Source: a virus (lineage: Duplodnaviria; Caudoviricetes). Taken from it: DNA of 38,830 nucleotides. The notes beneath the pieces were generated by a model. That model saw nothing but the letters and a program-made list of their open reading frames with translations. It searched no databases and was not told the origin of the DNA. The stretch's first letter is position 1. Each line of letters starts with the position of its first letter. Shown here in pieces: positions 27,857 through 36,105 of this stretch. The position numbers and the translations under genes were made by a program. Location: positions 1-38,830 of the IMG/VR virus record IMGVR_UViG_3300033487_000021. One strand, written 5' to 3'.

Positions 27857-27902
27857 AAAAGAAAACCCGGGGCCGACTCTAGCGAGGAGCGAGGCCCCGG
27901 GT
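27857..27902 (-). terminator. Intrinsic terminator with large loop
   Basis: 10-bp stem 27865-27874/27893-27902 followed on the - strand by TTTCTTTT. Confidence 0.75.
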
Positions 27903-27974
27903 CAGGACTGGGGGAATCGGTTGCCCTACCCCCGTTAGAAGCTCTATCCGCTCCTCGCTAGAACCGCTACTTGG

Positions 27975-28003
27975 AACTTACTCCCGAACGGGCCAAAGGT
28001 CAA
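27975..28003 (-). promoter_or_regulatory. Sigma70-like promoter upstream of replication genes
   Basis: TTGACC (28003-27998), 17-nt spacer, TAAGTT (27980-27975). Confidence 0.6.
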
Positions 28004-28218
28004 GGGTAATCTTCGGGTTTCTTGAGAGGCAGTTCCATCTGCCCAGGGCAGAGGCGTTTGGCCGCACAGTTCCGACACCAAATCATGAAGACCGGACCCT
28101 CCTGGTCCATAGTCTTGGACCCAAGATCAACTGCGGTCTGGACCACCCACTTCCGCCCACACACCGGACAGAGACAGCGCCGGTCAGTAGTTCCAGATGA
28201 CTTTGGCTCTGGCACCAT
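28000..28218 (-). CDS. Small Zn-ribbon protein
   Basis: 72 aa from ATG28218 with GGAGG RBS; CPVC and CRNC pairs. Confidence 0.65.
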   Translation of the reverse strand: MVPEPKSSGTTDRRCLCPVCGRKWVVQTAVDLGSKTMDQEGPVFMIWCRNCAAKRLCPGQMELPLKKPEDYP

Positions 28219-28444
28219 AGTCTTCCCTCCAAACGCCGTTGACCACCCGGAACGCCGAGTGCTTGGCACAGCCCCGATCACGACGATGGAGCCGGCATGT
28301 CCCACGGATCATCTGGCTCATGACATCGACGTCCCGCCCGACCACCGTGGCGATCACATAGCCACAGGCTTCACAGATGATCCACTGGGTCGTGGGCGTG
28401 AGCATGACCAGTGGTTTCTCGCTGTATTTGCTAAGCGTGGGCAC
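28184..28444 (-). CDS. Small Zn-ribbon-like protein
   Basis: CEAC and C-x8-C; start GTG28444 or ATG28405. Confidence 0.55.
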   Translation of the reverse strand: MPTLSKYSEKPLVMLTPTTQWIICEACGYVIATVVGRDVDVMSQMIRGTCRLHRRDRGCAKHSAFRVVNGVWREDYGARAKVIWNY

Positions 28445-29192
28445 TTGCAACCCCTTCCGCCAACGCCTCCGCCCGGCAGGCGGTGAAGTACTCGCACTGC
28501 TTCTTGTTGCACTTGAACGATGCCGGCAGACACGGCATGTACGGCCCATGCTCCATCGCCTCGGCTATCCTGGGCAGGCAGTACTGCAACCACTTCGTCT
28601 GCGAATCTTCCATGGACACGTGGTGGATGAGCACCCACGCCGGGTTCTTCCAGCAAAACTGGGCAACCCAGTAGTTGCACAACCCGGTCACAAGGCACTG
28701 CATCTGGACCAGCGGCCAGCTATTCGAGGCGTTCCACGACCAGCGCCAGCCGGCCACCCGGAATACCCCGATCATGCTGCCGTCGATGACATCCGGGCAG
28801 ACCACCAACTCGTGTTTGCCCATCTTGACACTCTTCTTCTCGAAGATAGCCTCCGGACGCACGGTCATGCCATGCCGGCGGTCCCACTCGCTGATCATCA
28901 TCATGGCCGCACCAAGGCGTCTGTCGAAAGCCCCGCTGCGCTTGCCAGCCTTGCGCATGGCCGGTTGCATGCGTTCGTACTCCGAGAGCAGTTCCTGGGT
29001 CATCTTGTCGATGTCGATGTTGGCCTTGTCACGCTTGTTCTTGGCCCACAGCAGCATGATCCTGTGCATGCAGATACTGTCGATCTGCTCGGCGGACAGG
29101 CCGTCTGGCGGAATGAGTTTCTCGACGTACTTGAACTGGAAGTACCGCTGACACTCCCACCAGTCCTGGATCATGTGGTCAGTGATTATCAT
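28431..29192 (-). CDS. Cas4/RecB-like PD-(D/E)XK fold protein, probably catalytically degenerate
   Basis: N-terminal ECQRYFQFKY and C-terminal C-x4-C-x5-C Fe-S-type ligands; PD present but no (D/E)xK. Confidence 0.65.
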   Translation of the reverse strand: MIITDHMIQDWWECQRYFQFKYVEKLIPPDGLSAEQIDSICMHRIMLLWAKNKRDKANIDIDKMTQELLSEYERMQPAMRKAGKRSGAFDRRLGAAMMMISEWDRRHGMTVRPEAIFEKKSVKMGKHELVVCPDVIDGSMIGVFRVAGWRWSWNASNSWPLVQMQCLVTGLCNYWVAQFCWKNPAWVLIHHVSMEDSQTKWLQYCLPRIAEAMEHGPYMPCLPASFKCNKKQCEYFTACRAEALAEGVASAHA

Positions 29193-29262
29193 TCCGGTTC
29201 CTCCATCGTTTCCAAATGCCGTCCACGATGCAAGCCACGCTCAGTATCACAAAGACGATCAT
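29179..29262 (-). CDS. 27-aa membrane peptide
   Basis: MIVFVILSVACIVDGIWKRWR.., ATGA overlap with upstream gene, fills the gap to the next gene. Confidence 0.45.
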   Translation of the reverse strand: MIVFVILSVACIVDGIWKRWRNRNDNH

Positions 29263-29492
29263 CGCCCAACCCACGGTAACCGCCCTTCGTCTGGAATCTC
29301 GATCACCAGTACCGCCTGCCCTCCCTTGGACACGAAAACGTCGGCAGTATGCTTGACCGGGACCTCCACGACCATCTCTTCGCCGGTCTCGTCCTTGTAG
29401 AACTGGATCGCGATGCACCCCTTGCTGGCCGTCTCGCCTTCCTTGAAGCGGCGAAGAAACGCCCACTTGTTAGGGTCTATCACGAACCCCAT
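29259..29492 (-). CDS. Hypothetical beta-rich protein
   Basis: 77 aa from ATG29492 (MGFVIDPNKW..). Confidence 0.65.
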   Translation of the reverse strand: MGFVIDPNKWAFLRRFKEGETASKGCIAIQFYKDETGEEMVVEVPVKHTADVFVSKGGQAVLVIEIPDEGRLPWVGR

Positions 29493-29496
29493 CGGG

Positions 29497-30555
29497 CTAG
29501 ATCGCCTGTATCTTCTTGACGGCCCTGTCGATGGCGTCCGGGTCTTCGCACTTGTCCACGCCCTCGGTGATGCCCTCCATCCACGAAATCTCGGCGATCT
29601 GGTCCTCGGACACGCTGCGGTCCATAGCCATGCCCACCGCGAGCTTGTACGCCTCTCGGGAACTCGCGATTCTATCGGAGATGTGCTTCTTCTCGGGCTT
29701 AGGCTGGACCGCCCCCGGAGCAGTGTGCTCTGCCTTGCCGGGCTTGATGACCGTCTTGGGAACCGAACCCACCTTGGGGGCCTCGCGGTTGGACTGGAAG
29801 GCTTCCTGGACGGTGGTGGTGCCTTCCTTGATGGCTGTGGCCAACCCCCGCAGTGTGGTGGCATCCTCCAGGGTGATGTCCTCGACGCCTTTCTTGCCGA
29901 TCAGAGACAGCAGTTGCTCGGTCTTCACCCCCAATCGGGCGAAGTGGTCGATGATGGCCTTGCGGGTCTCGGTGATGGTACGCCCCTTGCCCATGGCGAT
30001 CTGCTTGATCTCGGCCAGTACCTTGTGGTAGATGGCCTTGGGAACCACCCGGAACGTGGCGTTGCGCAGAGCGATGGAGCAGGCAGCTCCGATTGTGGTG
30101 CCGATCATGTCCTCGTTGAACCGCTCGCCGCGCGAGTTGGTGATTCGGCGGTTGACGGTGGTGCGGACTGCCACGTTGTTCTCCAGGTCCCAGCAGACCC
30201 CCTCGCAAGTCACGAAGTCGTCGCCGGTTGAGATGTGCCGGGCAGCCGAGCGCAGGTTCTTGTACGAAACCCCAACGATCTCGGCGAAACGGATGCCCGG
30301 ACCCTCGATCACCTTGCCAGCCCTCGGAAGAGCATACCAGCACTCTTCGGCGGTCTCCTGGTCAATGGTCGCCAATTCCAGCACCTTCTCCCGAAAGGCA
30401 GTTATGCTCCGGGGATATCGCTTGGCAGTAGCAACCTGCAAATCGACCTCCCGCTGGTTGTCTCGAATGGCAAGCTGGCTCTCTTCGACGATCTCGGCCT
30501 CGACTTCCTCGACCTTGGGTTCACCTTCAACGAACGGGCTCTTCTCTTCCGGCAT
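29497..30555 (-). CDS. Conserved phage protein, putative ssDNA-annealing/recombination protein
   Basis: DLQVATAKRYPRS..WYALPRAGKVIEGPGIRFAE core with charged tail, in a recombination neighbourhood; function inferred from context. Confidence 0.55.
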   Translation of the reverse strand: MPEEKSPFVEGEPKVEEVEAEIVEESQLAIRDNQREVDLQVATAKRYPRSITAFREKVLELATIDQETAEECWYALPRAGKVIEGPGIRFAEIVGVSYKNLRSAARHISTGDDFVTCEGVCWDLENNVAVRTTVNRRITNSRGERFNEDMIGTTIGAACSIALRNATFRVVPKAIYHKVLAEIKQIAMGKGRTITETRKAIIDHFARLGVKTEQLLSLIGKKGVEDITLEDATTLRGLATAIKEGTTTVQEAFQSNREAPKVGSVPKTVIKPGKAEHTAPGAVQPKPEKKHISDRIASSREAYKLAVGMAMDRSVSEDQIAEISWMEGITEGVDKCEDPDAIDRAVKKIQAI

Positions 30556-30766
30556 CCTTCTCTCCCTTCTCTGCTGCGGACATCTTCTCGAACAGCAGTC
30601 TACCCAGCGTAGCTGCTTGACTGTCAGAGAACTTGGTCTTTTCTAATCGCTGGAGCTGACTGGCCAGCCATTTGGAGTTCTCGACTAAGATGTCGATGCA
30701 CTTGATCATGATCTTAATGGTCTCTTCTCGGTGACGGCACCCGGGACAATCGTTAGTATCCATCAC
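30527..30766 (-). CDS. Hypothetical protein (CxxC + coiled coil)
   Basis: 79 aa, CPGC, overlapping start/stop with neighbours. Confidence 0.6.
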   Translation of the reverse strand: MMDTNDCPGCRHREETIKIMIKCIDILVENSKWLASQLQRLEKTKFSDSQAATLGRLLFEKMSAAEKGEKDAGREEPVR

Positions 30767-31179
30767 TTCCCCTCGCCCTCGCCCTCGCCCAGCGCGGCGC
30801 GGGTCAAGTAGTCATGCGCGTAGTTGTGCGCATCGTTCGCCGCTTCGGCCAGTTCGTCCTGTTCTCCGCCCGGCGTGTCGTTGCCCTCCTCGGATACCGT
30901 TATGGCCTCGTCGGTGCGGCCGTGTATCCGCTCTATCACCGCCCGCGCCTCCGCGAGTTGGCGCTCGGCGGCCTCGGCACGCTTGGTCAGCCGCTCGACC
31001 TCGGCGCGGAGAAGCTTGTTCCCCTCCATCGCCTCGTAGTATGCCTCATGCCAGTGGATGTAGCAGTTGCACGGCTTGCCGGGAATCTCCTTGTCACGCG
31101 TGTCGCAGTTCTCGTGGTGCGGATTGTCCCTGGCATCGGCATCCGCAAGACCGCGCCACTCGGTGTCTCTGCCGCTCAT
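30763..31179 (-). CDS. Hypothetical protein (H/C metal motif + coiled coil)
   Basis: 138 aa from ATG31179; HHENC..PCNC; EVERL coiled coil; ATGA coupling. Confidence 0.65.
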   Translation of the reverse strand: MSGRDTEWRGLADADARDNPHHENCDTRDKEIPGKPCNCYIHWHEAYYEAMEGNKLLRAEVERLTKRAEAAERQLAEARAVIERIHGRTDEAITVSEEGNDTPGGEQDELAEAANDAHNYAHDYLTRAALGEGEGEGK

Positions 31180-31343
31180 GGCTGCACCACCCTCAAGCAC
31201 TTCGGACACTGCCATCGCCAGCTGTCGTACACGCGGAGGCGGTCTATCTCGGCGCGCAAGGCGGCGTTCTCCTCGCGGAGGTTGGAGAGCACTTCGCAGT
31301 GTTTGGTGCAGACCTCGTTGGGCCACGTCCTAGACCTGCTCAT
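31176..31343 (-). CDS. Small hypothetical protein not in ORF track (55 aa)
   Basis: MSRSRTWPNEVCTKHCEVLSNLREENAALRAEIDRLRVYDSWRWQCPKCLRVVQP; GGGAGG RBS; ATGA coupling downstream. Confidence 0.65.
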   Translation of the reverse strand: MSRSRTWPNEVCTKHCEVLSNLREENAALRAEIDRLRVYDSWRWQCPKCLRVVQP

Positions 31344-31344
31344 C

Positions 31345-31518
31345 TCAGCCTCCCTTCCGCCAGTACCGCACGGCTCGGAACTTATCGTCGGGGTTAGAGG
31401 ACCGCCAATACCGCCGTATCGCGCGGGTCGCCGCGGCCTTGGTCAGCCACGCCACCGCACAGGGTATCCAACCCATGCGCCCGTGCCGCATCTCCACCAC
31501 CCAAACGTACCGCTTCAT
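31345..31518 (-). CDS. Small basic hypothetical protein not in ORF track (57 aa)
   Basis: MKRYVWVVEMRHGRMGWIPC..FRAVRYWRKGG; GGGAGG RBS. Confidence 0.65.
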   Translation of the reverse strand: MKRYVWVVEMRHGRMGWIPCAVAWLTKAAATRAIRRYWRSSNPDDKFRAVRYWRKGG

Positions 31519-31519
31519 C

Positions 31520-31819
31520 TCAGCCTCCCTTCCCGGCTACATCCCGCAGGGCCGCGTTGTAGCCGTGGTAGTACTGAGCATCATCCAGGGGTTCAGGTTC
31601 GTACCCGTCGTCCGCTCCGCTAATTGGACTCTGCATGATTTTCTCCATCGCATCGAGGTCAACGAGGCGGGCGCCGAAATGCCCCATCCGCCAGCACCAT
31701 TCCGGGCACGATTCATGGCCCCACGGCTTAGTCAACTGCCCCTGCACTATACCAAGCACCAACTGAGGGTCGAGGCCCTCCGGCACCCGCAGCACAATCA
31801 CCTTGCCGAGCTTGCTCAT
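31520..31819 (-). CDS. Hypothetical protein
   Basis: 99 aa from ATG31819 with GGAGG RBS; ends YHGYNAALRDV. Confidence 0.65.
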   Translation of the reverse strand: MSKLGKVIVLRVPEGLDPQLVLGIVQGQLTKPWGHESCPEWCWRMGHFGARLVDLDAMEKIMQSPISGADDGYEPEPLDDAQYYHGYNAALRDVAGKGG

Positions 31820-32061
31820 GGCTTGGCCTCCCCTACGGGATGCTGGGTTAGGTATGTGTTTGTAACGCGCTCGCCCTGTTCCCGCAGCAACTTCAACGCG
31901 GCGAGGTACGCCTTCATGCTGCGGTATCGGTGCATTTTGTTGTCTCCGTACAGCGTGCTCTCCCGCCGCCTCGCCTCCGCGGCAGTCAGTTGCCCGTATG
32001 GCACCCAATAGGTGCCGGTCTGCGGGTTCCTGCGCTCTTTAATCCAGTATGAAAGTCTCAC
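31816..32061 (-). CDS. Hypothetical protein
   Basis: 81 aa from GTG32061, AAGGAGG RBS, GTGA coupling. Confidence 0.65.
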   Translation of the reverse strand: MRLSYWIKERRNPQTGTYWVPYGQLTAAEARRRESTLYGDNKMHRYRSMKAYLAALKLLREQGERVTNTYLTQHPVGEAKP

Positions 32062-32249
32062 GGCCGCTCGCCCTCCTTCCGCTCCTGCAACCATTCTCCG
32101 GTACGGTTGAAGTGGTCTAGCCTATCGCTTGTTGCCCTCAGTTCTCTTTGCATGCGACGGTGACAGCGGATGGAGTAGATGAAGACCGCGCACAGGACCA
32201 GCTCGACGGCCATCAGTGCCAACGTATGCGCCTCCCAATTCCCGAGCAT
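32058..32249 (-). CDS. Small membrane protein
   Basis: 63 aa with hydrophobic helix LALMAVELVLCAVFIYSI; AAGGAGG RBS. Confidence 0.65.
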   Translation of the reverse strand: MLGNWEAHTLALMAVELVLCAVFIYSIRCHRRMQRELRATSDRLDHFNRTGEWLQERKEGERP

Positions 32250-32494
32250 CAGTCGCCCTCCTTCCGTGCCAGTAGCGCGTCTATCCTGGCGTCAATCGCG
32301 GCTATTTGGCCGAGATGTTCCCGCTTGAATTCTGGAAACCCGATCCAGTCCTGGTTGCAGTCTCGTATCTTTCGGATCAGGATCGTCCTGTCTCTGGCCA
32401 GCCCACGCACCGCCTCGGCGACCGGGTTGATGGGGGTGCCCTCGTAGCTGTCGCCCTGCTGGACAGCCTGCGCCACGCTGTTAACCGTTCCCAC
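32249..32494 (-). CDS. Hypothetical protein
   Basis: 81 aa, GTG start, AAGGAGG RBS. Confidence 0.6.
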   Translation of the reverse strand: MGTVNSVAQAVQQGDSYEGTPINPVAEAVRGLARDRTILIRKIRDCNQDWIGFPEFKREHLGQIAAIDARIDALLARKEGD

Positions 32495-32735
32495 GCTCGC
32501 CCTCCTTCCGCCGCAGAATCTTCAAGTCCGCCTGCTCGGCCGCTGAGTCGCGCCGCGACTGCGCCTCGGCCTCACGCGCAGCATCGACGAGCAGATTGTC
32601 AACGGTCCGCGGCACCAACGTCCAGGGGATGTGCTCGCCGTCTACGGTGCAGTCGGTCAACGTGACATCGCCGTCTTCGTGGACGACATACTCCGCAGCC
32701 CAATCCGTTTCGTGCGTGATCTCTATGCGCGGCAT
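32481..32735 (-). CDS. Hypothetical protein
   Basis: 84 aa from ATG32735, right after the nuclease stop. Confidence 0.6.
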   Translation of the reverse strand: MPRIEITHETDWAAEYVVHEDGDVTLTDCTVDGEHIPWTLVPRTVDNLLVDAAREAEAQSRRDSAAEQADLKILRRKEGERGNG

Positions 32736-32736
32736 G

Positions 32737-33570
32737 TCAGTCTTCCCCCTCGTAACCGACCTGGACACGCCCTTTGACGTAGGGACACGTGGGATAGTAC
32801 CCGCACCAACGGGGGTTGCACCACCAGTTCGACGGGTCGGTTGGCAGGAATACGTCCTTGTCCAGTACCTCGAACACCCGGCCCAGACGCGCCAGGAAGG
32901 CGTCGATGTGCTCCTGAGTCCGGACGGACTTCTGCCGCTTGACCCCGGTGCTCAGCTTGGTCTTGTACTTCACGCCACAGACGAAGTCCAGATGGACGTC
33001 CTGCGGCAGAGCAATGCCGTCGCAGAAGTGTCTGGCTAGCGTGTAGACCGTGAGTTGCAAGCTGCTGTTGGCAGCATCGCTCTCCGGCCATCTGCCAGTG
33101 GTCTTGAGGTCGTGCAGGCCGTCCTCTGCCTCGACGTCCATCTCGCCGGCAAGGTCGTAGGGGTAACCCTCCAGTTCAGCCACCCACTTCTGACTGACCC
33201 GCGTCGGCTTGATTGCCGGGGCCAGTACCCCATGCCGAACCTCGTTCAGCTTGACGGTCAGGTCCTTGGCATCGCCACGCACCGCACTCTCCGGACGCTT
33301 GAGGTCGTCGCCGAAGAGCAGTACCCCGTCGGCGTCCCAGCGGGCATCCAGGCATCTGACGGCGGCATCTGCTGTCTCTTCCAGCGAGGCTAGAGAGCCG
33401 GTAGTCAGAACCTTGTTCATGTCCAGGCTGTGCGCAGCGTGATTGCCACTGCCCACGTGAGCAGCAATGCCCGGCGGGCAGCGGTCACCACAGCGATACC
33501 TACGCCGGTACTGCTCGCCACAACGGGCCAGCATGGCTATGTGCGACTGGTGCAGTTGCGGCTTGTCCAT
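32737..33570 (-). CDS. Cas4/RecB-like PD-(D/E)XK exonuclease
   Basis: N-terminal RCGEQY, GSGNH, LAGEMD..HDLKT, QLTVY, C-terminal C-x4-C-x5-C. Confidence 0.85.
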   Translation of the reverse strand: MDKPQLHQSHIAMLARCGEQYRRRYRCGDRCPPGIAAHVGSGNHAAHSLDMNKVLTTGSLASLEETADAAVRCLDARWDADGVLLFGDDLKRPESAVRGDAKDLTVKLNEVRHGVLAPAIKPTRVSQKWVAELEGYPYDLAGEMDVEAEDGLHDLKTTGRWPESDAANSSLQLTVYTLARHFCDGIALPQDVHLDFVCGVKYKTKLSTGVKRQKSVRTQEHIDAFLARLGRVFEVLDKDVFLPTDPSNWWCNPRWCGYYPTCPYVKGRVQVGYEGED

Positions 33571-33942
33571 CTATGACTCCTTGACGTCCAGTTCCAGCTT
33601 GACCTCCCGGCCACGGTAGAAGGTGTACAACTCCAGTTCGGCAAGCAGTGCCTTGGCGGCATCCTTGGACGAACCGAAGTACTTGACCTCGCCAGATGTC
33701 CCGCCGTTCTTGGGAACGGCCAGAAACAACTCGCTCCGGCACTCTCGGCTGGCAGATACCTTGCGCGGACGACGTTTGCTGAACCTGTGGTAGATGCACT
33801 CGATAGAGTGCCCGGTGCGGCTCGGGAATTCCGCAGCTACGTCGTCTGCTGCTGGCCTAATCTTCATGCCAGCCCGAATCCGCGAGTTCATCATCCGGAT
33901 AATGGTCCTGACATCTGTGACTTTCCACGCCTTGCCACGCAT
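33571..33942 (-). CDS. Putative DNA-binding protein (Myb/SANT-like helix bundle)
   Basis: W-x-x-x-D start and VAAEFPSRTGHSI recognition-helix pattern; AGGAGG RBS. Confidence 0.5.
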   Translation of the reverse strand: MRGKAWKVTDVRTIIRMMNSRIRAGMKIRPAADDVAAEFPSRTGHSIECIYHRFSKRRPRKVSASRECRSELFLAVPKNGGTSGEVKYFGSSKDAAKALLAELELYTFYRGREVKLELDVKES

Positions 33943-33951
33943 GTTGTCCTC

Positions 33952-34422
33952 CTAGGTTCCCCTTCTCATGTCCTGCACCACAACGTCGTCCAAGCTCTCG
34001 CCGATCATGGCCATGATCCTGCCGCCATTGGTATTGCGTCCATACGCATGCATCGCGAGCCAAACCTTTGCTCCTGCCGGCATTATGTATCCGCTTCTGG
34101 CGGCATCGTTCTGCTCGCGGGAACCCATGGCCCGCAATCGCATCCAGTTCAGCGCATCGGCGCAGTGGCCCGCCCGCTCGCTCGACAGAGCGCCAGCGAC
34201 TTCGCAGGCCATGGAGAACGAACGATAGCGAATGGATCGTTCCCTGAGTTCATACAGCAGTTTGGCGAAGTACTGTGGCGAAAATGCAGGAATGACGGCC
34301 CGGGGAATGATCTGGCCGAACCATACGCTGATGTCGTTAGGGGAGATGGTAACCGTGACGGTCTCGGCTTTCTTGGACTTGGCCCGCTTGCCCAGCCAGA
34401 TGCTACCCGTCCAGAGCACCAT
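33952..34422 (-). CDS. Hypothetical protein downstream of E1
   Basis: 156 aa, GGAGG RBS, begins 2 nt after the E1 stop. Confidence 0.65.
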   Translation of the reverse strand: MVLWTGSIWLGKRAKSKKAETVTVTISPNDISVWFGQIIPRAVIPAFSPQYFAKLLYELRERSIRYRSFSMACEVAGALSSERAGHCADALNWMRLRAMGSREQNDAARSGYIMPAGAKVWLAMHAYGRNTNGGRIMAMIGESLDDVVVQDMRRGT

Positions 34423-34423
34423 G

Positions 34424-35104
34424 TCATGCCTCCGTCACCGGGCGGACTGCGCCCAACAGTGTATCGAAGTACACATCATAGGCTCGCCACTTCTTGCCGG
34501 AGAGCAGGGAAGAGGCCACCGACAGTGCTATGGCCGAGCACATGAAGTTGGCGCTAAGCGTCTGTCCGCCACCGGGAAGCGCGGCCAGATCGGCGCAGGA
34601 CATGCCGCTACGGTCGCCATCGGAAGTAAAGCAGAATTCGGGATGACGCTCGTATGGGTGCGGCGTCATCTTCCGTCCGCCACTCCGGATGTACACTGTC
34701 ACCGAGCCGTCGTGTTCCTCGTTGCCACAGATGACTGCGGCCCCGTTGGCAAGTTGGTCAAGCCGGTCAATCACCGCTTTACGGCATGCGTGATTGTCCG
34801 GGCAGACCATCACAAGGTCGCCTTCCTGCACAAGCCCAGCGTTGGCAGTCCCATAGAACCCTTCGGCCACTTCTGGAACCGGGGCATCGCTCGGACGCCC
34901 CTGGGCGCATGAACCAACAAGGCACTCAGCCTTGGACCGTCCGACCTCGCCGGGGATGAAGTTCTGCCGGGCCACGTTGCTCTCAGAAACCCGGTCACCA
35001 TCGACCAAGAGTATCGGCCTCGACTCGGTCAGTCTGGCCAATGCCGGAATCAGCCAGCTTCCGGTTCCACCGCAGCCAATGACCACCACTCGCTCGAAGT
35101 TCAC
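34424..35104 (-). CDS. ThiF/E1-like ubiquitin-like-protein activating enzyme
   Basis: VVIGCGGTGS, DGDRVSESNVARQNF, GRSKAE, VCPDN..R, CGNE, MSCADL (candidate catalytic Cys 34595-34597), QTLSAN; GTG35104 overlaps JAB stop; 226 aa. Confidence 0.92.
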   Translation of the reverse strand: MNFERVVVIGCGGTGSWLIPALARLTESRPILLVDGDRVSESNVARQNFIPGEVGRSKAECLVGSCAQGRPSDAPVPEVAEGFYGTANAGLVQEGDLVMVCPDNHACRKAVIDRLDQLANGAAVICGNEEHDGSVTVYIRSGGRKMTPHPYERHPEFCFTSDGDRSGMSCADLAALPGGGQTLSANFMCSAIALSVASSLLSGKKWRAYDVYFDTLLGAVRPVTEA

Positions 35105-36105
35105 TTCTCGGTCTCCTTCGCAAACTCCCGCCTGCGAGTCCTGGCAGAAGCAACCAGCGCCTTCCACTCGGCCTTGGACAGCTTGGGGTTGCCGTCGTCA
35201 GCGAGCACCCATTTGCCCTTGGCTCGCTTGACCCACTTGCGGTTCAGGAATACCACGGTGCTGCCGACCTCGTAGCGGTCATCCCGGCAGTTGTACGGCT
35301 CGGTCCAGCAGTTGCGCTTCATGTCCCATATGTGACCGTCCTGCCACGGACTCGTCCCCTTGTTCTCGTCGCTGTCCTGAGACAGCCCCAAACCGAGCTT
35401 GGTCTGCTCCGGAAAGGAACCGCCCAGCGAGCCATAACTGTCATCGTACCCGCCGGATGATATGGCCGACTGCTTCTCCTTGACCATGTCCATCATCTCG
35501 GACGGGAACTCTCCGCCGAAACCCTCGACCAGTGTGCTGATGTCCTCGAAGTTCCACGTGTTGCCATGAGCAATGAACCGGACATGGAAGCTGGGGATGG
35601 TATCCAGATTGCCCACGGTGATGTGCAGACCGTCGAAATGGTTCTCATCGTGGCTGTCGGTCCCGGACTGGAAGGCACTGGCCGAGCAGTGCGAATGCAC
35701 CGTTCCGGCAAGGACCGCGCCCTCCGGAAGCTTGACATCCTCGGGCTTGTAGTCCACGTGCAGGCCGTTCTTGTCGGTCTCCTGCGGCGGGACAACCCAG
35801 CCCCACTCCTGCCTGACTGCGCTGTAGTGCAGTATCACGATGCCCTCGCCGTTGTACTTGGCGTAGACGGCATGCAGGAAAGCCACGATGGTCTGTAGCA
35901 TCTTCCAGGGCAGAGGCTTGAACCTGACCGACAGCGTTTCCTCCTGCTTGGGCAGGTAGCCTATCTCGTCCACCTGCACCAGCGCCTTGTACAAGGCAGT
36001 CTGCTTGCGCAGGAAGAACCCGTCCTTGCTGACGATGTAGTAGTACTCGTGGGACTTGTCCAACTCCTGCATGTCTGAGCCCGCCGGGAAGATCGGGAAG
36101 TTCAT
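35101..36105 (-). CDS. JAB/MPN+ (JAMM) metallopeptidase, PRTRC protein A-like
   Basis: Catalytic E in NGEGIVIL, VVPPQ, GTVHSHCSASAFQSGTDSHDE (HxH-x7-S-x2-D), GLHITVGNL; N-terminal YYIVSKDGFFL domain. Confidence 0.9.
   Translation of the reverse strand: MNFPIFPAGSDMQELDKSHEYYYIVSKDGFFLRKQTALYKALVQVDEIGYLPKQEETLSVRFKPLPWKMLQTIVAFLHAVYAKYNGEGIVILHYSAVRQEWGWVVPPQETDKNGLHVDYKPEDVKLPEGAVLAGTVHSHCSASAFQSGTDSHDENHFDGLHITVGNLDTIPSFHVRFIAHGNTWNFEDISTLVEGFGGEFPSEMMDMVKEKQSAISSGGYDDSYGSLGGSFPEQTKLGLGLSQDSDENKGTSPWQDGHIWDMKRNCWTEPYNCRDDRYEVGSTVVFLNRKWVKRAKGKWVLADDGNPKLSKAEWKALVASARTRRREFAKETEK

Noticed and set aside
30768-30790. CTCGCC x3 microsatellite
   Set aside because: Short in-frame repeat encoding a GEGEGEG tail and providing a purine-rich RBS; no sign of phase variation
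28431-33570. CRISPR-Cas locus suggested by Cas4-like genes
   Set aside because: No cas1/cas2 or array; stand-alone Cas4-like nucleases are common in phage recombination modules
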